Positions 19,839-28,289 of a DNA stretch of 64,000 bases are shown piece by piece. Within the stretch, counting starts at the first letter, position 1. The number at the start of each line of letters is the position of its first letter. Made by a program: the position numbers and the translations under genes. The stretch is from Candidatus Iainarchaeum sp. (GTDB lineage: Archaea; Iainarchaeota; Iainarchaeia; Iainarchaeales; UBA10191), in the NCBI GenBank assembly GCA_030649735.1, contig JAUSFL010000036.1:2999-66998 (forward strand), read 5' to 3'. The notes under the pieces were generated by a model. The model saw nothing but the letters and a program-made list of their open reading frames with translations, did not search any database and was not told where the DNA came from.

Positions 19839-20177
19839 GTGAAGAAAGGAATAATCCTAAGCGCTTTGATTGCTGCAGTGCTGGTTTTGGCAGTTGTTTT
19901 GGCTTTCGGCTGCATTGAAAGCCAGCCATTAAACCCGCCAATCCTTGAAAAAGACTCTTGCATTCAAAATTCTGACTGCGTTAAAACTGTTTTAAGCCCT
20001 TGCCCTTGCAATTCTGGAGGAAAAGAAGAGGCAGTAAACAAGGAATGGCTTGCAAATTATGCCTGGCCTGATGATGATGCTCAACCGCCAGTATGCCTTC
20101 AAGTATACTTATGCACTGACAAAACAGCAAAATGCACTGCTGGAAAATGCGTTCTAGAGCAAGGCGCTAATGCTTGA
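19839..20177 (+). CDS. Small secreted or lipoprotein-like Cys-rich protein
   Basis: 112 aa with a GTG start. Signal segment ending FGC and 8 Cys in the mature part. Converges on purH with an 11-nt overlap. Confidence 0.55.
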   Translation: MKKGIILSALIAAVLVLAVVLAFGCIESQPLNPPILEKDSCIQNSDCVKTVLSPCPCNSGGKEEAVNKEWLANYAWPDDDAQPPVCLQVYLCTDKTAKCTAGKCVLEQGANA

Positions 20178-21714
20178 AATGCCTTGCTCCAGTAAAGACT
20201 AGCGCTTGCTTTAGCTCATTGGCTGCCTGAATTACTTCATTGTCTTTTACTGAACCGCCAGTCTCTATCAATGCAGTAATGCCTGCCTTGAAAGCCAAGT
20301 CCAGACTGTCCCTGAATGGAAAGAAAGCGTCAGATGCCAAAACTCCCCCTTTTGCCTTATCGCCTGCCTTTTCAATCGCAATTTTCACAGAATCAACGCG
20401 TGACATTTGGCCAGCGCCTGTTCCCAGCAATTGCCCATTTTTTACAACAACTATTGCATTGCTTTTCACGTGCTTTACTATCTTCCAGCCGAAAAGCAAG
20501 TCTTGAATTTCATTCTCTGAAGGCTTTCTTTCAGAAACAAATTTCAAGTCTTTTTCACTGACTTGCAGGCTGTCTTTTTCCTGAACAAGCAAGCCGGAAT
20601 CAACTTTTTTGAAGTCAAACTCCCGCAAAGGGCTTGCCTTGCTGCTTTCATTAAGCTCTATCAAGCGCAAGTTCTTTTTTCCCTTAAGAATTTCCAAGGC
20701 CTTTTCTGAATAAGAAGGCGCGATTATTGCCTCGTTAAAGAAAGAGCCAATTTGCCCTGCTGTTTTTTCATCAACTTGCCGGTTTAACGCAATTATTGAG
20801 CCAAAAGCAGACAATGGGTCTGTTCCGTAAGCTTTTGCAAACGCTTCTGAAATGCTTTCGGCAATTGCGCAGCCGCAGGGATTAGTGTGCTTTACTATTA
20901 CAGCGCAAGGCTGCGAGAATTCCTTGCACAAGTTCCATGCAGAATTCAAGTCGTAAAAGTTGTTGAATGAAAGTTCTTTCCCGTGCAGTTGGGCAAAATT
21001 CAGCAGGCTATTGCCTGACTGGAAGGCCTCCTTGTACAATGCTCCCTTTTGATGCGGGTTTTCTCCATAACGGCATTCTTGGACTTTAGAGAAAGTTACA
21101 GAAAAATCTTGAGGGAATAATTCTGAAGGATTGAATCTTTCATGCAAATAATTAGATATTAAAGAATCATAAGATGCAGTGTGCTGGAATGCCTTGGCGC
21201 AAAGCAGCTTTCTGGTCTCTTCAGAAAGCTCGTTGTTTTTTGCGTTTAATTCTTCAAGCACTTTTTTGTAATCTTTCGGGTCCACTATTGCAGAACAGCC
21301 TTCAAAGTTTTTTGCTGCTGCGCGAATCATTGTCGGGCCGCCAATGTCAATGTTTTCAATGGCCTCTTCAATTTTCACTCCAGGCCTTGCAATGGTTTCC
21401 TTGAAAGGGTAAAGGTTCACGACAACCAAGTCAATTGCTTGAATTTTCAATTCTTCCAGTTTTTTCACGTGCTCCGGGTTTTTTCTTAAGGCAAGAATTC
21501 CGGCATGAATTATTGGATGCAGTGTTTTAACCCTGCCGTCCAAAATTTCGGGAAAACCAGTCAAGTCGCTGACTTGCCTTGCTTTGATTCCGGCTTCGCT
21601 TAAGGTTTTGAAAGTCCCGCCTGTCGAAACCAATTGCCAGCCAAGCTTTTCCAATCCTTTTGCAAATTCCACAAGCCCGGACTTGTCTGAAACGCTAATT
21701 AACGCAGTCTTCAT
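20167..21714 (-). CDS. purH: Bifunctional AICAR transformylase / IMP cyclohydrolase
   Basis: 515 aa. N-terminal MGS-like domain KTALISVSDKSGLVEFAKGL...STGGT and full-length AICARFT region (GGPTMIRAAAKN, SDAFFPF). Confidence 0.95.
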   Translation of the reverse strand: MKTALISVSDKSGLVEFAKGLEKLGWQLVSTGGTFKTLSEAGIKARQVSDLTGFPEILDGRVKTLHPIIHAGILALRKNPEHVKKLEELKIQAIDLVVVNLYPFKETIARPGVKIEEAIENIDIGGPTMIRAAAKNFEGCSAIVDPKDYKKVLEELNAKNNELSEETRKLLCAKAFQHTASYDSLISNYLHERFNPSELFPQDFSVTFSKVQECRYGENPHQKGALYKEAFQSGNSLLNFAQLHGKELSFNNFYDLNSAWNLCKEFSQPCAVIVKHTNPCGCAIAESISEAFAKAYGTDPLSAFGSIIALNRQVDEKTAGQIGSFFNEAIIAPSYSEKALEILKGKKNLRLIELNESSKASPLREFDFKKVDSGLLVQEKDSLQVSEKDLKFVSERKPSENEIQDLLFGWKIVKHVKSNAIVVVKNGQLLGTGAGQMSRVDSVKIAIEKAGDKAKGGVLASDAFFPFRDSLDLAFKAGITALIETGGSVKDNEVIQAANELKQALVFTGARHFKH

Positions 21715-22551
21715 TCAATCAGCCCCTAACCCGGCAATCAAAGTATTTTCAACCAAGCAAGCAACTGTCATCGGCCCTACTCCGCCAGGAACCGGAGTGA
21801 TGAAAGAGGCTTTTTCCTTGACGCTTTCAAAATCCACGTCGCCAACTGTCTTTTCCCCAAGCCTTGAAATTCCAGCATCAATAATTACAGCGCCTTTTTT
21901 CACGTGCCCTGCTGTAATAAGGCCAGACTTTCCGACGGCAGTAATCAAAACATCGGCCTTTGAAGTGTGTTCAGAAAGGTTTTTCGTGAACTCGTGGCAG
22001 AATTCTACAGTCGCGTTCTTTTGCAAAAGCAAAAGCCCTAAGGGCTTTCCGACAACTCGGGAATGATTCACTATTACTGCATTCTTTCCTTCCAAATCAA
22101 CGCCTGTTGATTCAATGAGTTTCATTATTCCTTTAGGCGTGCAAGAAACCAGTCCTTCAGAATTGAACATTAACTTTCCCAGGCTTGCAGAAGTCATTCC
22201 GTCAATGTCTTTTTGCGGGGCAATCAATTCAATCAATTCTTCCTCAGCAGAGCCCAAATGCTTTGGCAGTGGAAGCTGCAGCAAAATTCCAGTGACTTCA
22301 GAGTTTTCATTAAGCTCACTGATTTTTTCAGCAACAACAGCTTGAGAAGAATCTTCTGGCAAAACGTGAAGAACGCTTTTAACGCCTGCTTTTTCGCAAG
22401 CTTCTTGCTTTTTCTTCACGTAAAGCCTTGAAGCAGGATTTTCCCCAACCAAAATAGCATCAAGCCGTAAGTTTAGTTTTTTTGCTTTAATTTTTTCAGC
22501 GGTTTTTTGGATTATTGATTCTGCCAGTGCTTTTCCGTCAATTATTTGCAT
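21715..22551 (-). CDS. folD: Methylenetetrahydrofolate dehydrogenase / methenyl-THF cyclohydrolase
   Basis: 278 aa. GILLQLPLP, CTPKGIM, VVGKPL and PVPGGVGPMT motifs. Abuts the purH start with no gap. Confidence 0.95.
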   Translation of the reverse strand: MQIIDGKALAESIIQKTAEKIKAKKLNLRLDAILVGENPASRLYVKKKQEACEKAGVKSVLHVLPEDSSQAVVAEKISELNENSEVTGILLQLPLPKHLGSAEEELIELIAPQKDIDGMTSASLGKLMFNSEGLVSCTPKGIMKLIESTGVDLEGKNAVIVNHSRVVGKPLGLLLLQKNATVEFCHEFTKNLSEHTSKADVLITAVGKSGLITAGHVKKGAVIIDAGISRLGEKTVGDVDFESVKEKASFITPVPGGVGPMTVACLVENTLIAGLGAD

Positions 22552-22562
22552 TTAAGAATCCT

Positions 22563-23904
22563 TCAATTTTTATGGAGCGGGAATTTTTTGCACAATTCCA
22601 AAACTTGCTTCCTTACTTCTTTTACCTTATTGCTTTCCGCAATTTTTTCGCGAAAATTTTCAATTGCCTTCTGCCTTGCTTGCTTGTCTTCAGGCATTTC
22701 AAAATTCTTGATTTCCAAGGCAATTTCTGAAATCCATTTTCCAATCTGCCTCATTTCCGGCTCTTTCATTCCGCGAGTTGTAAGGCACGGAGTTCCAAGC
22801 CGTACTCCGGAAGGATAAAACGGGCTCATTGGCTCTGCAGGAATTGAATTCTTGTTCACAGTAATGCCTGCAAGTCCCAAGGCGTCTTGCATGTACAGTC
22901 CTTTTCCTTTTCCAAAAGGCGTTAGGTCAAGCAATAGCAAGTGATTGTCTGTTCCATTGCTTGAAAGCCTCACTCCATTGGCCATTAATGATTCAGCCAA
23001 TGCCTTGGAGTTTTTCACAATTTGCGCGGCGTATGCCTTAAACTCTGGAGTCAATGCCTCTTTCAAAGCCACTGCGATTGCCGCAGTCTGATGGTCGTGA
23101 GGCCCGCCTTGCAGTCCTGGAAAAACAGCCTTTTCAATTTTCGAGCCAAGCTCAAAGTCTTTCCGCAATCCTTTCTCAGTAACCATTATCAAAGCCCCGC
23201 GAGGCCCACGAAGCGTTTTGTGAGTTGTTGTTGTAATAATGTCCGCAAATTCCGCAGGGCTTTTGTGGACTCCGCCCGCAATCAGGCCCGCAATGTGCGC
23301 AATGTCGCATGCAAAGTAAGCGCCAACTTCATCCGCGATTTTTGCAAACTCTTCAAAAGGAAATTCTCTAGGATATGCTGTTGCGCCGCACCAAATCAGT
23401 TTTGGCTTTTTTTCAAGCGCGAGCTTTCTGACTTCTTCCAAGTCTATGAAGCCGTCATTTTTCACATGGTACATTACAGTGTTGTAAATTAGGCCGGAAA
23501 AATTAACATTCCAGCCGTGAGTCAAATGGCCGCCGTCAGGCAAGTTTAATCCCATTACAGTATCGCCTGGCTTGCAAACCGCCAAATACACTGCCTGGTT
23601 TGCAGGGCTTCCAGAGTAAGGCTGCACGTTCACAAAAGGGACTTTAAAGAGCTTTTTGGCGCGCTCTTGCGCAAGCAATTCCACAGAGTCAATGAATTCA
23701 TTGCCGCCATAATACCTTTTTTTTTGGATATCCTTCAGAATACTTGTCAGTCAAAACAGAGCCCAAGGCCTGCCTTACTGCCTTGCTTGAATGGTTTTCG
23801 GAAGGAATCATTTCCAATCCTTCCTCCTGCCTTTCAGTCTCCTTTCCAATCAAACCGAAAATTTCAGAATCAGAATCTTTCAACTCAATAAAATTAGAAC
23901 GCAT
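22563..23904 (-). pseudogene. glyA: Serine hydroxymethyltransferase, reading frame broken by one extra A in an A9 run (assembly error, slippage or true pseudogene)
   Basis: N-terminal 68-aa ORF (..[30 protein letters not shown]) and a 373-aa ORF together cover a full SHMT. Frame B reads [20 protein letters not shown]. Removing one A from the run at 23717-23725 restores EGYPKKRYYGG. Confidence 0.9.
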
Positions 23905-23994
23905 AAACTCCCAACTCCCCAGAGAGCTAGCTGGGAAAAAATATTTAAACTAATGCAAGGGCAATATATTTGCTATTTTAAGGCAGGGGAGAAT

Positions 23995-25323
23995 ATGGGA
24001 GAGAGCTTGACTGTAATGATTGTTGGCGCTGGAGCCAGAGAGCACACTATTTCCGCAGCTTATGAAAAAAGCAAGCGTGTGGGAAAAATAATTGTTGCTC
24101 CGGGAAATGACTTCATTGCCTTCAAAAGGAAAAAAGAAGTAGTGCTTGAAAAAAGCGGAAACTTGAAAGACGCGAATTCTTTTCTGGAAATTGCAAAAAA
24201 GCACAGGCCAGACTTGATTGATGTGGCGCAGGATGACGCATTGGCTGCAGGGACAGTGGATTTGCTGCAAAGCCACGGGTTCAATGTTTTTGGGCCGAAG
24301 AAAAGCGCTGCGCGCATTGAATGGGACAAGAAATGGTCGCGCGAGTTCATGCAAAGGCACGAAATTCCAATGCCAGAATTCCAAAGCTTCAATTCGGAAA
24401 GCGAGGCAATGCAATACGTAAACGGCCTTTACTCAAAAAACCCCGCAAGGCAAGTTTATGTGAAAGCTGCCGGGCTTTGCGCTGGAAAAGGCGCGTTAAA
24501 GTCAGAGAATCTTGAAGAGGCAATGCAAAACATCAAGCAAATGAAAGAGTTTGGAAGCTCTGGAGAAACTTTCGTGATTGAAGACGGGTTAGTTGGAGAA
24601 GAATTCTCTTACTATGCATTAAGCGACGGGAATTCTTTCCATTGCTTCAGTTCAGCGCAAGACAACAAGCGAGTTTTCAATTTTGACGAAGGCGACCAGA
24701 CTGGCGGAATGGGCGCTGTAAGCCCTGCGAAAGTAACGCAAGAAATTGCTGGACAAATTGAAACAGAGCAGATTGCAAAGGCAATTGAAGGAATGAAAAA
24801 AGAAGGCAATCCTTACGTTGGAGTGTTGTACTTGGGTGGAATTGCAGACAATGGAAAATCAATGAACATAGAATATAATGCCCGCTGGGGCGATCCAGAA
24901 TGCCAGGCAGTGCTGCCTTCAGTAGAGACAGACTATGCAGAAATCGTGCTTTCCTGCATTGAAGGAAACTTGGCAAATGTGAAAATCAAACAAGACGACA
25001 AAGTAAGAGTGTGCGTTGTTGGAGCCTCTAAAGGATACCCGAACGATTACTCAAAAGTAAAAGGAAAGCAAATTTTCGGGTTGGAAGACGTGCTAAAATG
25101 CAGGGACGTGCACTTGTTCTCTGCAGGCATTGAAGTCAAGGACGAAAAGTTTTTCGCAAAAGGCGGACGGCTTTTCAGCGTTGTCGGGGAAGGAGAAAAC
25201 ATAGTGAAAGCAAGGCAGGCAGCGTATTCAGCAATGGCATTAATCAACATTGAAGGAAACAACTTGCATTACAGGACTGACATTGGCTGGCGAGACGTTG
25301 AAAGGCACTTGAAAGGGAAATGA
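23995..25323 (+). CDS. purD: Phosphoribosylamine-glycine ligase
   Basis: Start at ATG 23995 (MGESLTVMIVGAGAREH). ATP-grasp motifs; the ORF-track N-terminal extension overlaps the glyA promoter region. Confidence 0.93.
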   Translation: MGESLTVMIVGAGAREHTISAAYEKSKRVGKIIVAPGNDFIAFKRKKEVVLEKSGNLKDANSFLEIAKKHRPDLIDVAQDDALAAGTVDLLQSHGFNVFGPKKSAARIEWDKKWSREFMQRHEIPMPEFQSFNSESEAMQYVNGLYSKNPARQVYVKAAGLCAGKGALKSENLEEAMQNIKQMKEFGSSGETFVIEDGLVGEEFSYYALSDGNSFHCFSSAQDNKRVFNFDEGDQTGGMGAVSPAKVTQEIAGQIETEQIAKAIEGMKKEGNPYVGVLYLGGIADNGKSMNIEYNARWGDPECQAVLPSVETDYAEIVLSCIEGNLANVKIKQDDKVRVCVVGASKGYPNDYSKVKGKQIFGLEDVLKCRDVHLFSAGIEVKDEKFFAKGGRLFSVVGEGENIVKARQAAYSAMALINIEGNNLHYRTDIGWRDVERHLKGK

Positions 25324-25330
25324 AAATTTT

Positions 25331-25903
25331 ATGTATTGCGAAACTCCCGAAGAAATCGACAAGGCATTCTGGCTATTGCCGCCAAGGCCAGTAGTTCTAG
25401 TTTCAACAATAGACAAGAAAGGAAACCAGAATGTCGCGCCGCACTGCGAATTCATAAAGCTTTACGAAGGCCCTTTCCTGATTGCGATTGAAAAAAGCCA
25501 TGACACTTTCAAGAACATTCTGGAAACAAAAGAATTCGTTGTTTCAATCCCGACAATAGACATTGCAAAAAAGATTGCAATAACAGGAAAGCCGTTCCCT
25601 AAAGGAGTTTCAGAATTCGAGAAGGCAGGGCTTACTCCATTAAAGGCAAGCAAAGTGAAAGCGCCATTGGTGAAAGAATGCTGCGCGAATTTCGAATGCA
25701 AACTGATTAAAGAATTGGGAAGCGTTGGCACTGAAAGCATACTGGTCGGCGAAATATTGTGCACGCATTACAAAAAAGTGGGGCCAAGCGAGGAAGAAAC
25801 AAGGCTTTCAACAAAAGCCGCGCTTCACGTGCACAAGGGAAGAATTTACACTACAATAAACAAGGAAACAATTGACACAAAAATAGACTATACTAAACTA
25901 TAA
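25331..25903 (+). CDS. Flavin reductase-like (FMN-binding split-barrel) protein
   Basis: 190 aa. LLPPRPVVLVSTIDKKGNQNVAP is typical of the flavoredoxin/flavin-reductase domain. Confidence 0.7.
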   Translation: MYCETPEEIDKAFWLLPPRPVVLVSTIDKKGNQNVAPHCEFIKLYEGPFLIAIEKSHDTFKNILETKEFVVSIPTIDIAKKIAITGKPFPKGVSEFEKAGLTPLKASKVKAPLVKECCANFECKLIKELGSVGTESILVGEILCTHYKKVGPSEEETRLSTKAALHVHKGRIYTTINKETIDTKIDYTKL

Positions 25904-25914
25904 GGTGTTTTTGA

Positions 25915-26814
25915 ATGAAACTGACAAAACTTTACGACCCAAAGAACGGGCAATTGCAAGTTGCGGGCCTAATGAGCGGCAGCGGAACAAACTTGAGGAA
26001 GATTATAGGGCTTGAAAAAAGCCTTGCGAATTCTTCATTTCATGTTTGCGTGATTTTTTCAGACAACGCAGAAAGCAATGCAGTAAAAATCGGCAGAGAA
26101 TTTGACATTCCAGTAATAGTGAGAGACATTAAGGAATTCTATGCAGCTCAAGGAAAGCCATTGAAGGATTTGCAAGTTAGGGAAGAGTTTGACAAGGAAA
26201 CAATGAAATCCTTGAAGCAGTTTAATGCAAAAGTTGCAGCTTATGCAGGCTACATGAGCATTGCGACAAAGCCTTTAATCAACGCATTTTTGGGAATCAA
26301 TGTGCATCCTGGAGACTTGTCAAAAATTGACAGTCAAGGCAAAAGAAAATTTGTCGGAGGAGCGCACATTCCCGCAATGAAGGCAATCCTTGCGGGAGAG
26401 AAAGAACTTCGTTCAACAACGCACATTATTGAAGACAAGCTTGATTATGGAAGAATCCTAATGCTTTCGCCAGCCTTAAAGGTCGAATTGCCCGAAAATT
26501 TCAATCCAGAAGACAAGGAATTGCTGAACGCAATATCTAAAGAGCATCAAGGCAGGCTAAAAGAGGCCGGCGACTGGATTGTTTTTCCAAAAACCCTGCA
26601 GGCAATTGCTGAAGGCAAGTTTTCCCAGGACGAGAAAGGAAAATTGTACTTTGAAGAAAAAGAAATTCCGCAAGGCTTTTCAATGGAAAAAAAACCAGAA
26701 GCCAAAAATGCCCACAAGTGCATTCGCTGCAATTCTGAACCGCTAGTGACTGATGAGGAAATCAAAAGCGAAATTTGCTCGTTCTGTTATGATAAGGAAA
26801 TTTTTGCTGACTAA
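25915..26814 (+). CDS. purN: Phosphoribosylglycinamide formyltransferase-like protein with a C-terminal zinc-ribbon extension
   Basis: Formyl-transferase N-domain (GLMSGSGTNL, INVHPGDLS). The C-terminus carries CIRCNS...CSFC. Confidence 0.75.
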   Translation: MKLTKLYDPKNGQLQVAGLMSGSGTNLRKIIGLEKSLANSSFHVCVIFSDNAESNAVKIGREFDIPVIVRDIKEFYAAQGKPLKDLQVREEFDKETMKSLKQFNAKVAAYAGYMSIATKPLINAFLGINVHPGDLSKIDSQGKRKFVGGAHIPAMKAILAGEKELRSTTHIIEDKLDYGRILMLSPALKVELPENFNPEDKELLNAISKEHQGRLKEAGDWIVFPKTLQAIAEGKFSQDEKGKLYFEEKEIPQGFSMEKKPEAKNAHKCIRCNSEPLVTDEEIKSEICSFCYDKEIFAD

Positions 26815-26890
26815 CCAGCAAGGCTTAAATATTGCTTGCGACAATAAATACATTGAAGGGATTTTTATTGTTGCAAAAGAAACCAATTTT

Positions 26891-27028
26891 GTGAACTTTT
26901 TCTCAAACTTTAACACTCTTCAGAACGCAAATCCTTCATTGCTAAACTTGCTGCACTTGTTGCTGTTGCCATTGGAAGGCAGCAGAAATTAAAGCAAGTT
27001 TTGCGTTTTTCTCGATTTTTCTGCTGCC
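26891..27028 (+). promoter_or_regulatory. Candidate Leu-codon-rich leader mini-ORF with mutually exclusive hairpins upstream of leuA-like/leuS
   Basis: The frame from GTG 26891 to TAA 26990 encodes ..PSLLNLLHLLLLPL.. . Segment 26963-26970 pairs with 26978-26985, which alternatively pairs with 27018-27028. T5 tracts at 27006-10 and 27016-20. No ATG start and no clear SD. Confidence 0.3.
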
Positions 27029-27030
27029 TG

Positions 27031-27060
27031 TTAAAAAAAGCCAAAAAAAGCGCTAAAATT
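27031..27060 (+). promoter_or_regulatory. TATA-like TTAAAAAAA plus AAAGCGCTAAAATT core upstream of the leuA-like gene
   Basis: Shares the AAAGCGCTAA core with 17642 and 19813. GGAGGT Shine-Dalgarno-like at 27064-27069, 8 nt before ATG 27077. Confidence 0.4.
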
Positions 27061-27076
27061 TTTGGAGGTTTTAAAC

Positions 27077-28243
27077 ATGGCAAAGCAAAAAATAATGTTT
27101 TTTGACACAACGCTTCGGGACGGAGAGCAAAGCCCTGGCGCTTCAATGAATGTAGAAAAAAAAGCGCGAATTGCACGGCAGTTGGAAAAGCTGGGCGTTG
27201 ACGTGATTGAAGCAGGGTTTCCAATAGCAAGCCCCGGAGACTTTCAGGCAGTGAAAGAAATTTCAGGAATCATTGAAAAAAGCGAGGTTTGCGCGCTGGC
27301 AAGAAGCCTGCCTAAAGACATTCAATCAGCAGCCAAGGCAGTTGAAGGCGCAAAAAAGCCAAGAATTCACGTGTTCTTGGCGACAAGCCCAATACACATG
27401 CAGTTCAAGCTTTGCAAAAGCAAAGGCGAAGTTGTAAAACAAGCAGTTGACAGCGTAAAGCTTGCAAGGCAATACTGCAATAATGTGGAATTTTCTCCAG
27501 AAGACGCCTCGCGCACTGAAAAAGAATTCTTGTTTGATATTATTGAACGCGCGATTGACGCTGGCGCAAGCACAATCAACATTCCGGACACTGTGGGATA
27601 CGCAATGCCAGCAGAATACGGAGCCCTAATCAGAAAAGTCAGGGAAAGAGTTCCAAACATTGAAAACGCAGTGATTTCCTGCCACTGCCACAATGATTTA
27701 GGACTGGCAGTAGCCAATAGCCTTGAAGCAGTGAAGAACGGCGCAAGGCAGGTTGAATGCACAATCAATGGAATTGGAGAACGCGCAGGAAATGCGGCAC
27801 TTGAAGAAATAGTAATGGCATTACAAACCAGAAAGGACTTTTTCCAAGAGTTCGAGCACTCAATCAACACCCGCGAAATAATAAATTCCAGCAGAATGGT
27901 TTCAGAATTAAGCGGACTTTTTGTGCAGAGAAACAAGGCAATTGTTGGAAAAAACGCTTTCGCGCACTCCGCAGGAATCCACCAGGACGGCCTGATCAAG
28001 AAAAAATCAACCTATGAAATCATAAGCCCGCAAGAAATAGGCCTTGAAGAGACAGAACTGGTTTTAGGAAAGCATTCTGGAAAGCACGCGATAAAAAACA
28101 GGCTTGAAAGCTTCGGAATCAAAATAACAGAGCAGGAAGCTGAAGCAATCTTTCCAAAATTCAAGGCAATGGCTGACGAAAAGAAAGAAGTCTCAAACGA
28201 AGAGCTTTTGGCCCTGGCAAAAGGAATTAAATCCTTGATTTAA
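27077..28243 (+). CDS. 2-isopropylmalate synthase family enzyme (LeuA/CimA/homocitrate synthase-like), short form without the C-terminal regulatory domain
   Basis: FFDTTLRDGEQSPGASM, HCHNDLGLAVANSL and AHSAGIHQDG. The catalytic TIM barrel is present; the protein ends about 388 aa from ATG 27077. Confidence 0.85.
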   Translation: MAKQKIMFFDTTLRDGEQSPGASMNVEKKARIARQLEKLGVDVIEAGFPIASPGDFQAVKEISGIIEKSEVCALARSLPKDIQSAAKAVEGAKKPRIHVFLATSPIHMQFKLCKSKGEVVKQAVDSVKLARQYCNNVEFSPEDASRTEKEFLFDIIERAIDAGASTINIPDTVGYAMPAEYGALIRKVRERVPNIENAVISCHCHNDLGLAVANSLEAVKNGARQVECTINGIGERAGNAALEEIVMALQTRKDFFQEFEHSINTREIINSSRMVSELSGLFVQRNKAIVGKNAFAHSAGIHQDGLIKKKSTYEIISPQEIGLEETELVLGKHSGKHAIKNRLESFGIKITEQEAEAIFPKFKAMADEKKEVSNEELLALAKGIKSLI

Positions 28244-28289
28244 AAAGGTTTACAGGCTAATGTTAAAGTAATGGCAGAGTGAAAACAAA

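Noticed and set aside
27367-27999. 210-aa antisense ORF
   Set aside because: It is a shadow frame opposite the leuA-like gene.
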